This document shows positions 1 to 9,133 of a stretch of 64,000 nt of DNA, one piece after another. Origin of the DNA: Sedimentisphaerales bacterium (lineage in GTDB: Bacteria > Planctomycetota > Phycisphaerae > Sedimentisphaerales > SM23-30); assembly GCA_963666285.1 (NCBI GenBank), contig OY762711.1, one strand, 5' to 3'. Each line of letters begins with the position of its first letter. The stretch's first letter is position 1. A program made the translations under genes and the position numbers. The notes under the pieces are model-generated. The model saw only the letters and a program-made list of their open reading frames with translations, ran no database searches and had not been told where the DNA came from.

Positions 1-765
1 CCGGGGCATGCCGATTTTACTTTCTATAAGAAATACGGCATACGCGACTATCGCGGCGGCGGCAGGTCGTCCGGTCGTGAGACTGCCGGTCGAGTCATGT
101 GTGGTGCGATTGCCCGTAAAGTACTGGCACAGCGAGGAGTAGAGTTTATTGCTCATGCTGTAGAGATTGGCGGGGTCAAGGCAGAGACTTGTGACCATAG
201 TGTTATCGAGAGTAACCCGGTTCGTTGTGCAGACCCAAAGGCTGCCGAGAAGATGCAGGAAGTGATTCTTGCCGCCAAAGATGACAATGATTCGGTCGGG
301 GGGATTGTTTTATTAGAGATTAAAGGATTACCGGCCGGGTTGGGTGATCCTGTATTTGACAAACTTGATGCCCGTTTGTGTAAGGCTTTGTTTAGCCTTG
401 GTGCTACCAAAGGTATCGAAGTTGGCAGAGGCTTTGAGCTGTCACGGATGCGAGGTAGTGAAAGTAATGACTGGATGGGTGACGGCGGATTCCAGAGTAA
501 TAATGCCGGCGGTATAACCGGTGGTATTTCAACCGGTCAGGACGTCGTTATCAAGATAGGTGTCAAGCCTACCTCGTCGATTGCTAAGCCTCAGGAAACT
601 ATAGGTTTAGATGGTGAAGATAAAGAGATCGAAACTCACGGTCGTCATGACCCGTGTATCGTTCCGCGTGTTATACCGGTAGTAGAGAATATGGCAGCAC
701 TGGTTATCTGGGATGCCTGGGAAACGCAACGATGTATTAAGCCGGACTGGAACGAGAAGAAATAA
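1..765 (+). CDS. aroC: Chorismate synthase, 5'-truncated by the window edge
   Basis: The frame is open upstream of the ORF-track start (RDYRGGGRSSGRETAGRV). SNNAGGITGGISTG and GRHDPCIVPR motifs are present. Confidence 0.97.
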   Translation, partial: PGHADFTFYKKYGIRDYRGGGRSSGRETAGRVMCGAIARKVLAQRGVEFIAHAVEIGGVKAETCDHSVIESNPVRCADPKAAEKMQEVILAAKDDNDSVGGIVLLEIKGLPAGLGDPVFDKLDARLCKALFSLGATKGIEVGRGFELSRMRGSESNDWMGDGGFQSNNAGGITGGISTGQDVVIKIGVKPTSSIAKPQETIGLDGEDKEIETHGRHDPCIVPRVIPVVENMAALVIWDAWETQRCIKPDWNEKK

Positions 766-827
766 GTCAGGAAATTTTGTTGGAATAAATATTAGCAATT
801 GGAATGCTATAATCGAAAGGAAATCGC

Positions 828-1454
828 ATGGAATCAAAATATTATGACATAGCTGTCGAATTGAAAGAGATTGCCCAGAAGGGCCTGTGGTTTTCGAAAG
901 ATGAATATGATCTTGAGCGTTTTAAGCGAGTTCAGGAGATTGCCGCTGAATTAATGGCAGACTGTACCGACGCTGATAAGGAGACGATCATGAAAGCATT
1001 CCAGGAAGACACCGGATATCCAACCCCGCGGACTGATTGCAGGGGGGTGGTGTTCAAAGATGATAAGATAATGCTGGTAAAGGAGATAGAAGACGGCGGC
1101 TGGACATTGCCCGGCGGCTGGTGTGATAATGGCCAGACCGGTTCTGAGAATGTTGCTCGTGAAGTCTGGGAAGAGTCAGGTTTTAAAGTAGAAGTTAAGC
1201 GTCTTATGGGTGTGCTTGACCGCGACAAACATGGTAACCATCCGACCTATCCGTATAATGTTTATAAGTTGTTTTATCTGTGTGAAATTGTTGGTGGCGA
1301 AGCTACGCCGAGTAATGAGACCAGCGAGATTAAATTCTTTACCGAAGATGAGGTTGAGACGCTGGAGCTTTCCGAGGCACGCACAAAACTTTACCAGCTT
1401 AAATGGATGTTCGATTTGTACCGTAACCCGGTGGTACATGCGGTGTATGATTGA
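828..1454 (+). CDS. NUDIX hydrolase with N-terminal domain (ADP-ribose pyrophosphatase-like)
   Basis: Nudix box PGGWCDNGQTGSENVAREVWEESG; N-terminal 'IAQKGLWFSKDEYDLERF' is typical of this subfamily. Confidence 0.9.
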   Translation: MESKYYDIAVELKEIAQKGLWFSKDEYDLERFKRVQEIAAELMADCTDADKETIMKAFQEDTGYPTPRTDCRGVVFKDDKIMLVKEIEDGGWTLPGGWCDNGQTGSENVAREVWEESGFKVEVKRLMGVLDRDKHGNHPTYPYNVYKLFYLCEIVGGEATPSNETSEIKFFTEDEVETLELSEARTKLYQLKWMFDLYRNPVVHAVYD

Positions 1455-1466
1455 TATGAGGAGTAA

Positions 1467-1571
1467 TTATCTTAAAAAACGTTGGCCTAAATTTCTTTGT
1501 TGATTCTCGTAGAACAAAGCAGCGTCAATCAACTCATTTTCAGCTTCAATGTGATATTTAATGGGCTTCAT
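1467..1571 (-). pseudogene. Truncated ParE/RelE-type toxin (34 aa)
   Basis: Manual translation MKPIKYHIEAENELIDAALFYENQQRNLGQRFLR* aligns with the N-terminus of the toxin at 31724-32014 and overlaps the antitoxin stop codon. Confidence 0.75.
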
Positions 1572-1800
1572 TCAATTTTTTCTGTACATTAGCAATAACG
1601 TCTTTTTCGTCTCTGAGAATGCCAGGTGTTTCATAGTCTATTTGCTGACATCTTCGATCAATTTCTTTTGACCATTCAGTAGAAAGAGGTTTATCCTCAT
1701 CGAACTCAAGGCTTTCTATTAGCCTTTCGGCAAGATAAGCTCTGACATTTTTTGGTAAGCCCATTGCTTCAGTAATAAGTTTTTCGGTATCTATTGGAAT
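1558..1800 (-). CDS. Putative addiction-module antitoxin component
   Basis: LP..RA.LAERLIESL...EWSKEIDRR motif. The in-frame upstream extension begins at ATT (1800) after a GAGG RBS; the first ATG is at 1764. Confidence 0.75.
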   Translation of the reverse strand: MPIDTEKLITEAMGLPKNVRAYLAERLIESLEFDEDKPLSTEWSKEIDRRCQQIDYETPGILRDEKDVIANVQKKLNEAH

Positions 1801-1892
1801 GTTTTACCTCAACTATTAAGCGATAAAACAATTTTAAGGTACTATTTATCGAATCGAAAGTCAAATGTATAATAAAATGTTTAACTGTCATT

Positions 1893-2153
1893 TTAGATTG
1901 AAGTTTTTTCCATAAGGTCTTCATTTGACCATTGAATATCGGTAAATCTAGTATCGTTTTCTAATATATCATTGATTGCATCTATGACTATTTTTTCGCT
2001 ATTTATAAGATCATTTTTACTTACCTTTTGGAGCCAACTCTTCTTGGAGAAAATGCCAAGCACCCATTGTCTCTTAATATTATCTATATTCACCCAATCT
2101 ATAAACTCCCATATATAGATGGCTACTATGATTTTACAGATTTTAACAGACAT
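1893..2153 (-). CDS. Hypothetical protein, AT-rich, possibly a fragment
   Basis: 86-aa ORF coupled (TAATG) to the upstream gene; no recognised motif. Confidence 0.45.
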   Translation of the reverse strand: MSVKICKIIVAIYIWEFIDWVNIDNIKRQWVLGIFSKKSWLQKVSKNDLINSEKIVIDAINDILENDTRFTDIQWSNEDLMEKTSI

Positions 2154-3370
2154 TATCCATTCTCTTCATTTTCAATGAATGTCGGCGGTTCCGGAGTATC
2201 GTCGTAAATACCGATCCACTCGTCTCTTTTGTCGGCATCGTGAAAGAGCAGCCAGGTTTTGTTTGGTATTTTAGCTTCTATCAGCATTTTTTTAATATCA
2301 GGTATGGCTTTGTTTATGTCGGCAATTGCCAGCTCAACATAAGAATACTTTAGTCCTGTGCCGCCACCGATCACGCATCCGGAATCGCATGAAGCCAGGT
2401 TTTTTTGCATAGCTGCTTCCAGTTCTTTATAGTCGGCAAAAGTACAGTTTCCCAGTTTATCATTTCCCTCGATTTTCAGGTAACAGAACTGTTCATCGAA
2501 TTTCGAGAAGCGATTTGAGAAAAACGGTATGGTAGAATGGGCGGCCTGAAATATTTCCGGACTGCAGGATATGCCAACAGCGAGGTCGGTTTGGTAGGGG
2601 TAGTCGCCTTGATTATCTTTGGGCTGAGATTTGAAAACCGACCATTTGCAACTGTCGAAATCAGCTGCAAATTCCATTTTATAAAACGGTTCTTGCGGTA
2701 GTATATCTTCGACTATGTCCTGGACGTGTTCGCTGGCTTCGAATTTAAGGTCTTCCATTTCAAAAAAGCCCTTAAGCTCCTTTTTGAATAGGCCAAAGGT
2801 CTTTTTGGCAGGAGGCACAAAGTTGACTTTACTGATCCAGTGAGAAGCAATTTCTTCGCCAAGGACGAGTTCAAGTGTCATAAGTGCGGCCTGTTTTTCT
2901 TTATCGTCAGCTGCAGTAAAAGTTAGTTCGATAGTGTTATGTTCGCCTTTATCGACCTTGAATGCGATATCGCCAATGCCGACACCGATTTTACTGCTAA
3001 CGAAATCGGCAGCTTTATCGAAATTCTGGCCGGTAAGGAACATATTGAACTCCCAGTCGTCCAGTTCTGGTGCCAGGCTGAGCATGTAAGCTATGTATGG
3101 AGTTAGCGATTTGTCACGCTGTGATGAGATTACCAGTCGATATGGTTTGGTATGTCCGGGGCGGAATTCCCACATGAGGTTTTCTTCGATGCAGTTGAGG
3201 TTATCTTTCATCCATGCGGCGAGGTCAAACTGGGTTTCATTTTGCAGCAGGGCGATTATTTCAGCCTGTTTGTCAGAAAAGGCTCTCCACCATCGCAGTA
3301 TTTTTTCTTCGGCTGCAATAATACGATCTTTTTCCTGTGGATTGTTTTTATCAGCATATAACCAACGCAT
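2153..3370 (-). CDS. Hypothetical protein (405 aa)
   Basis: Long ORF with AGGA RBS, co-oriented downstream of aroB; no family assigned with confidence. Confidence 0.8.
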   Translation of the reverse strand: MRWLYADKNNPQEKDRIIAAEEKILRWWRAFSDKQAEIIALLQNETQFDLAAWMKDNLNCIEENLMWEFRPGHTKPYRLVISSQRDKSLTPYIAYMLSLAPELDDWEFNMFLTGQNFDKAADFVSSKIGVGIGDIAFKVDKGEHNTIELTFTAADDKEKQAALMTLELVLGEEIASHWISKVNFVPPAKKTFGLFKKELKGFFEMEDLKFEASEHVQDIVEDILPQEPFYKMEFAADFDSCKWSVFKSQPKDNQGDYPYQTDLAVGISCSPEIFQAAHSTIPFFSNRFSKFDEQFCYLKIEGNDKLGNCTFADYKELEAAMQKNLASCDSGCVIGGGTGLKYSYVELAIADINKAIPDIKKMLIEAKIPNKTWLLFHDADKRDEWIGIYDDTPEPPTFIENEENG

Positions 3371-3401
3371 ATTATTTATTCCTTTTTCTTAGGGGCTAAT
3401 A

Positions 3402-4493
3402 CTAGTCTACCGTAACAACTTCGCAACTGCCAATGCCATTAGCTAGAACGAAAACTATTTTACCATCTTTAACTTTTTTGTCGTGTTTCATCGCCTCGTC
3501 CAGTTTTTCGGCGGTAACTTCAGGGTGACCGCACATATTCGGGACCAGCGGCAGGCTGAAGGCTGCCAGCAGGTTTTCAATTCGTTTGGCATCATCCCCG
3601 GTTAGCATTTCCCTGTCGATTGCCAGCCTGTTTGCATAAGCTATGCCGATAGAAACCGCTTCGCCGTGGTGGTACAGGTTTTCGCCGTCCACTTTGAAAA
3701 GGACTTCAACGGCATGGCCGAAGGTGTGTCCGTAGTTGAGTATTCGCCTGAGTCCGCCTTCTTTTTCGTCCTGGGCGACCACGCCTGCTTTGACCTTGAC
3801 ATTTTCGCCAACGAGGTATGTCATCATTTTAGAATCGCATTTAACGATCAGGTCGGCATTTTCTTCCATCCATTCGAAAAATTCGGCGTTACGGATAACG
3901 CCATGCTTGACAGATTCTGCCAGGCCGCAGCTTAACTCTCTTGGGGACAGGGTCTTTAGCGTAGCGACATCGGCATAGACAAAGCTCGGCTGATAGAAAG
4001 CACCGATCATATTTTTACCGCGTGGATGGTTGATGCCGGTTTTGCCGCCGACACTGCTGTCAACCATCGCCAGCAGCGAGGTTGGTACCTGTACAAATTG
4101 AGTTCCGCGTTTGAAACTGGCAGCGGCAAATCCTGCCAGATCGCCGATAACGCCGCCGCCGAGTGCGACGACACTGTCAGAGCGTTCGAGTTCGAAATCG
4201 AACATCTGGTCGTAAAGCTTGTCGAGTACTTCCTGACGTTTAGACTTTTCGCCGGCTTCGACAGTTATCAAGCAGGTTTTGATACCAGCATTTTCCAGCG
4301 ACTGCTGAACGCGAGAGGCATAAAGTTTGCCGACGTTGGTGTCGGTAACAATTGCGGCCTTTTTCTGGCCGAGGTGATATTTCAGGCATTCGCCTAAATT
4401 GTCCAGTATATTATCGCCGATATAAATCGGGTAGCTTCTGTTACCCAGTTCGACGGGTACTATCTTGCCACTGAATTTCTCATATGTTTTCAT
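3402..4493 (-). CDS. aroB: 3-dehydroquinate synthase
   Basis: GGGVIGDLAGF, PTSLLAMVDSSVGGKTGIN, LNYGHTFGHA and HGEAV motifs. Confidence 0.98.
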   Translation of the reverse strand: MKTYEKFSGKIVPVELGNRSYPIYIGDNILDNLGECLKYHLGQKKAAIVTDTNVGKLYASRVQQSLENAGIKTCLITVEAGEKSKRQEVLDKLYDQMFDFELERSDSVVALGGGVIGDLAGFAAASFKRGTQFVQVPTSLLAMVDSSVGGKTGINHPRGKNMIGAFYQPSFVYADVATLKTLSPRELSCGLAESVKHGVIRNAEFFEWMEENADLIVKCDSKMMTYLVGENVKVKAGVVAQDEKEGGLRRILNYGHTFGHAVEVLFKVDGENLYHHGEAVSIGIAYANRLAIDREMLTGDDAKRIENLLAAFSLPLVPNMCGHPEVTAEKLDEAMKHDKKVKDGKIVFVLANGIGSCEVVTVD

Positions 4494-4579
4494 TTTTATT
4501 ACCTTAGTATTACTAATATCTATAATTATGGTATTGGATTCTTATTCGCCGTGCAGCACAAATGAAGGTATCAGATTTT

Positions 4580-4620
4580 GGTATTGGGTATTAGGGAAGG
4601 TATCGCCTGGCGGCGAAGTT
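4580..4620 (+). repeat. Stand-alone mini-module: heptamer pair + GGGAAGGT + hairpin
   Basis: 22 bp GGTATTGGGTATTAGGGAAGGT identical to 17087-17108; hairpin TCGCCTGGCGGCGA identical to 10595-10608. Confidence 0.75.
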
Positions 4621-4647
4621 AATAATTCTAATACTCTTGATTTAACC

Positions 4648-4911
4648 TCATTTATGTGTTGTATGTCCTTTGTCGATATAGCTTTGCAGAGCATCTTCGA
4701 GATCGATATCGTTTATATTTGCCAGGGTGCAGAGCCATGCGATCACATCGCCGAACTCTTCTTTCTGGTTTTGCTTATCGTCGCCCTGCAGGCCGGTAGC
4801 GAGCTCTCCGATTTCTTCGATGAGCCACATAAAGGTAGCGGGTGTGCCGCGTTTGCTGTCGACTTCGTAGTATTTATCACGTATATACTGCTGAAATTCT
4901 TTTATCTGCAT
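4648..4911 (-). CDS. MazG-like nucleotide pyrophosphohydrolase
   Basis: WLIEEIGELA...EEFGDVIAWL dimetal motif. Confidence 0.9.
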   Translation of the reverse strand: MQIKEFQQYIRDKYYEVDSKRGTPATFMWLIEEIGELATGLQGDDKQNQKEEFGDVIAWLCTLANINDIDLEDALQSYIDKGHTTHK

Positions 4912-5252
4912 ATCTGCTCCGTATTGGTGTTATTTATTAAGAGCAGGTATTTTAACAGAAACCGGTAAAAATGTCACGGTTTTTGGTGGTATAAAATATT
5001 CGTAACCGTTCATACGGTTACAGTAATAAGATATAAGTAAAAAGAAATAAGCTAAGGTGCGTTTATCGCGAACTATTTAAAAGCTCAGCAAACACAGAAA
5101 CTGACGCAAATAACGCACCTGTGAATGCTTACAAATATTCTGTTATCAGTGTTCAAGTGCTGCTTTATATATGCAGCTTCTGCTAATAGTGGTTGTTAGT
5201 ATTCTATTGCTTTAATCTTTTCATACATATAGTAATTATTTATAATGATGTC

Positions 5253-6314
5253 ATGATAAATACAATAGTAATAATTATGATGCTGGGTTTGTTTGCGAAT
5301 ATGTCAGCGGCGGTGGAACCTGTTGGGCAGGAAGTAGAGACGTTTTACGGTTCCTCTGATTCATCGGCAGCGTTTAAGGTTGATGACGGCCGGTTTGTTG
5401 TTGCCGATGATGAAAATAATATTCTGCGGGTGTATGATGTTGACAAGCCGGGGCTGCCAGTGCAGACGATAACGAGTTTGCAGCAGTTTCTGTCTGATGT
5501 TGATGATTTAGAAGCTGATATTGAAGCGTCGGCGGTGGTGGGTGATATGGTTTACTTTATCGGCTCGCATGGCCGGAATAAGAACGGTAAGCTTCGTCCT
5601 GCGAGGGAGGTATTTTGTGCGGCGAAGTTTGGCGTTTCAGATAGTGGTGAGGTAAAGCTTGAGTTTGTGGGCAGGCCGTATCGCAGGCTGCTGTATGATC
5701 TGGTAAACAGTTCGATAGGAATCGAGCTTGGACTGGCGAAGGTTGTGAGGTTTGATGATCCATCGAAGAAGTCGCTGGCACCGAAGAAAGGCGGGGTCAA
5801 TATTGAGGGGATGACCGCCGGGGCTGATGGTTCGCTGTATATCGGTTTTCGTAATCCGCTTTTTGATGGTAAGGCACTGGTAGTGAAATTACTTAACCCG
5901 CGAGCGGCTGTTTTGGCTGGTGAGGTGTGCAGGTTTGAAGGGCCGATGTTGCTGGAGCTGGGTGAGCGAGGGATAAGGTCGCTGGAGTATGATCTTGGAG
6001 CGAAGTTGTGTTATATTGTTGCCGGTGAGAAGGGTGCCGAGAATAATTTTTCGGTTTATAAATGGGATGGCAAGAGTGACCCGGTCGAAGCAATAAAGAT
6101 CGGTGCTGGAGATAAATTTAACCCAGAGGCAGCTTTTTTGCGGGGTGGCAAGTTATGTCTGCTGAGCGATGATGGTGCGATGCCTGTGAAGGTGAGTTCG
6201 CCGGACGAGTGTGTGCCCGGTGAGATGCAGGCTGATGGTATGTGTGCGAATAAATCACTGGTTGACCAGAATGCGAAGACGTTTCGGATGAAGTTATATT
6301 TGCCTGGCAGGTAG
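5253..6314 (+). CDS. Secreted DUF3616-like beta-propeller protein
   Basis: Signal peptide-like N-terminus; VADDE, DIEA, GSHGRNK, NIEG, GFRNP, GIRSL and SDDG motifs. Start placed at ATG 5253. Confidence 0.75.
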   Translation: MINTIVIIMMLGLFANMSAAVEPVGQEVETFYGSSDSSAAFKVDDGRFVVADDENNILRVYDVDKPGLPVQTITSLQQFLSDVDDLEADIEASAVVGDMVYFIGSHGRNKNGKLRPAREVFCAAKFGVSDSGEVKLEFVGRPYRRLLYDLVNSSIGIELGLAKVVRFDDPSKKSLAPKKGGVNIEGMTAGADGSLYIGFRNPLFDGKALVVKLLNPRAAVLAGEVCRFEGPMLLELGERGIRSLEYDLGAKLCYIVAGEKGAENNFSVYKWDGKSDPVEAIKIGAGDKFNPEAAFLRGGKLCLLSDDGAMPVKVSSPDECVPGEMQADGMCANKSLVDQNAKTFRMKLYLPGR

Positions 6315-6332
6315 CTGCTGTTGTTAGCGTCT

Positions 6333-6897
6333 GATATTCAGTTTTTATAGAACGTTTTTATGTTAAAGACGAAGTTTTCGTCGTTGTTAAGTTTTATAGA
6401 GAGCTGATTTTTGCTGGTACTCATTTTTTGTCGGCTCTCTACAATTGGACGGTATGTCGAAAGTGCGCTGATTTATTTGGCGGGATGGTTGGCCCGAAGA
6501 TTTGTAAAGGGTTGGGGGAATGCGGGATAAGAATTTTGGAATAATTTTATTTTCGCGTTTTGGTGGTTGTAAAAACGAGATGATTTTTTTGAGAAAATCA
6601 GTGGTCAGGAATCAGGTTTCAGATGCCAGGGAAGGTTGCTCGCTACCGCTCGCGGCTGATTGATGGGTGACGGGAGGTAAGCGGAATATGTACGGGGCAG
6701 CGCGGCGGGTGGACGGCGGTGAAAAGGTAAATGGATTTGAGCGGCAGCGAATTGCGGGCCGCGGACAGTATACGGCGGAACGTTGAATGGGTGCGGCGGT
6801 ATACGGACGGGAACGAAGCGGAAGCGGGAAGACAGGTAAAAAGTAAGAGGTAAGAGGTAAGAGGTAAGAGGTAAGAGGTAAGAGGTAAGAGTTGAGG
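6333..6897 (+). repeat. Large non-coding element, copy A left part
   Basis: Colinear similarity with 62901-~63410, e.g. GGTATGTCGAAAGTGCGCTGATTT and GCTCGCTACCGCTCGCGGCTGATTGATGGGTGACGGGAGGT shared exactly. Ends in a GTAAGAG heptamer array (6843-6891). Confidence 0.9.
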
Positions 6898-6963
6898 TGT
6901 CTGGTCCTGTGATAAGTTGTCACATTATAGATTTAATGTTTTAACAAATAACAGGAGACAACA

Positions 6964-7383
6964 ATGTTGGTAAGTAAACGAACTTATAATCGCTACAGCG
7001 AAGCCTTTAAATTACAGGTGGTAAATGATCTTGAATCTGGTAAGCTAAGCAGTATTTATGAGGCTAATTCCCGCTATGGGATTTCTGGTACAACAACAGT
7101 AAAGAGTTGGCTAAGAAAATATGGCCGTAACCATTTGATACCAAAGGTGATACGCGTGGAAAAACTAGATGAACAAGATCATGTAAAGAAGTTAGAATCA
7201 GAGATTAAGCAGCTTAAAGAAGCGTTAGCAGACAGCCATATAGAGAATATTGTAAGTGAAGCCAGGTTTCAGGTTATTTGTAAAGAATACGGGCTGGATC
7301 CCGAGGAGTATAAAAAAAAAGTCGATACCAAACGGTTCAACAAGCGTCCGAGGCAACCGTTGAAAAGAAAGAGGAAAAAATAG
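6964..7383 (+). CDS. IS3 transposase OrfA (HTH)
   Basis: RYSEAFKLQVV...YGISGTTTVKSWLRKYG helix-turn-helix followed by a coiled coil. Confidence 0.92.
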   Translation: MLVSKRTYNRYSEAFKLQVVNDLESGKLSSIYEANSRYGISGTTTVKSWLRKYGRNHLIPKVIRVEKLDEQDHVKKLESEIKQLKEALADSHIENIVSEARFQVICKEYGLDPEEYKKKVDTKRFNKRPRQPLKRKRKK

Positions 7384-8198
7384 CGATAACTTCCTTATGC
7401 AAAGCTGTTGGCATGAGTCGTCAGAATTATTATAAATCACATAAAGTTCGGCGCAGGCGGCACTATGAAAAAGACCTGATAATATCTTTGGCCAGGCTGG
7501 AAAGATCATTGCAGCCTGAGATGGGTTGCAGAAAGGTTTTGAAGCGTATAAAGCCCAAACTGGCAAAAGCCGGTATTAGTATAGGGCGAGATAGATTTTA
7601 TGAAACGATGTCAGAAGCAGATATGTTGATAGAGCGTAAAAAGCGAAGTGTGACAACGACAGACAGTCGTCATAACTTTAAGACTTATAAGAATATACTG
7701 AAAGATGAAGAGCTTACAGGAGCCAATCAGGCCCTGGTAAGTGATATAACGTACATATATACAGATGAAGGATTTATGTATCTGTCGTTGATAATGGATG
7801 CATTTAGTCGCAAGATAGTTGGCTATGACTGTAGTGATAGTTTGGAAGCAGAAGGTTGTTTGCGTGCATTAACAAAGGCGATAAAGCAATTGCCCAAAGG
7901 TAGTAATACGATACATCATTCAGATCGTGGCAGTCAGTATTGCTGCCATAGATATATAGATAAGCTTAAAAGAAATGGGCTGCGAGTTAGTATGACCGAA
8001 GATAATCATTGTTATGAGAATGCCCAGGCCGAGAGGTTAAACGGTATATTGAAGCACGAGTATGGATTGAAGAATACGTTTAAGAAAAAAGCTCATGTTC
8101 ATGCTGCGGTTAAACAGGCGATAGAACTGTATAATACCTGTCGTCCACATTTTGCTTTGGGATATCGTGTGCCTGAGGAAGTGCATATGGCGGCGTGA
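7314..8198 (+). CDS. IS3 transposase OrfB (DDE), reached by -1 frameshift
   Basis: SDITY, HHSDRGSQY and AERLNGILKHE catalytic triad. The -1 frame is open from the A9G run (7312-7321); first ATG is at 7413. Confidence 0.92.
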   Translation, partial: KKSRYQTVQQASEATVEKKEEKIAITSLCKAVGMSRQNYYKSHKVRRRRHYEKDLIISLARLERSLQPEMGCRKVLKRIKPKLAKAGISIGRDRFYETMSEADMLIERKKRSVTTTDSRHNFKTYKNILKDEELTGANQALVSDITYIYTDEGFMYLSLIMDAFSRKIVGYDCSDSLEAEGCLRALTKAIKQLPKGSNTIHHSDRGSQYCCHRYIDKLKRNGLRVSMTEDNHCYENAQAERLNGILKHEYGLKNTFKKKAHVHAAVKQAIELYNTCRPHFALGYRVPEEVHMAA

Positions 8199-8309
8199 TA
8201 TATTCCTCCGTTCCGGTCGCCCTTCGGGCTCCCTGCACTACGGAATATATCATCAAAAAACAATAGTAAATAGAAACGGAAAGTGACAACTTTAAATCAG
8301 GACTTGACA

Positions 8310-8860
8310 AGGAGTCCGCTTCGCGGACAGCTTATTTTAAACGGCTAACGCCGAGCGACGGAAGGTCGTTAGAGATTAGAGCAGCTAAACAGCGGCGAGC
8401 GACCAGCTGCCAGCAGCGAGCAGATAAACTTCGTGCTGCGCACTGGGGCACATCATTGGACAAGTCCAATGATGTGAAGGTGTCGCTATGCGACCTGTTT
8501 TAAATAGTGTGCCGACCTTTAGTGCTTAGCATTCTCAGGGGTGAAGGATGTATTAAAAAACGGAATGAAATTGAAGAGTGCGGTGATATAATAACGAGTG
8601 CGTGGTGGGGTTAGGAAAGAGGTGCGGCGTGAAGGGGATTTTTAAGATTTTAGCGTAAGTTGTTATTTATGGATATTGGGCAGACCAGATGCCGCGGAGC
8701 GGCATCAAAGAGTAAAGTGTAAAATAAAAAGTGTAAAGGAGGTGTTCGCCTGGCGGCTCACGGCTTGTTTTAAAGGTGACGAGTAAGTAAAGTTTATATC
8801 AATATTGTTTGCACCTGAAGGATGGGAAGAGTTAGAAGTTAGAAGTTAGAAGCGAGAAGA
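8310..8860 (+). repeat. Large non-coding element, copy A right part
   Basis: Matches 63477-63870 (e.g. GGCACATCATTGGA..AGTCCAATGATGTGAAGGTGTCGCTATGCGACCTGTTTTAAA and TAAAATAAAAAGTGTAAAGGAGGTGTTCGC). Ends in AGTTAGA heptamers near 8830-8850. Confidence 0.88.
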
Positions 8861-9133
8861 AAGAAGTTTTAAACGGTTCGTTCAGGGCATGGGTGACGGT
8901 TTATCTATCTTAATGTTTTTTCTGGCGGGGATGGTTGTTCTGGTCGCAGGCAGGGACGGGTGAGCTGCAATGTCGTTAACGATAGCGGTTGGTTGTGATA
9001 GGGACTGGCTTTTTTGGCAGATGTGGCTATAATAACCTGTTATGGTGCGAATGCGCACTTTTGACTGTTCAACGTTATCGGCAAAGGGTTGTTCAGTCTG
9101 TTTTTAAAATTTGCGAAGTACGAAAGTTTATTT

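Larger units (their letters stand above)
6898..8309 (+). mobile_element. IS3-family insertion sequence, 1412 bp
   Basis: TG...CA ends; imperfect inverted repeats TGTCTGGTCCTGTGATAAGTTGTCAC / TGTCAAGTCCTGATTTAAAGTTGTCAC; 3-bp AGG direct repeats at 6895-6897 and 8310-8312; orfA/orfB layout. Confidence 0.95.

Noticed and set aside
4465..4968. 167-aa + strand ORF
   Set aside because: Overlaps the well-supported MazG-like gene and aroB start on the opposite strand; no motif.
6612..6923. 103-aa ORF with LLPLTSY repeats, and similar ORFs at 62985-63380, 63630-63848 and 63698-63943
   Set aside because: These are translations of heptamer arrays and the non-coding element; reading frames are not shared between the two copies.
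6843..8860. Possible CRISPR array
   Set aside because: No identical 23-47 bp repeats with regular unique spacers and no cas genes.
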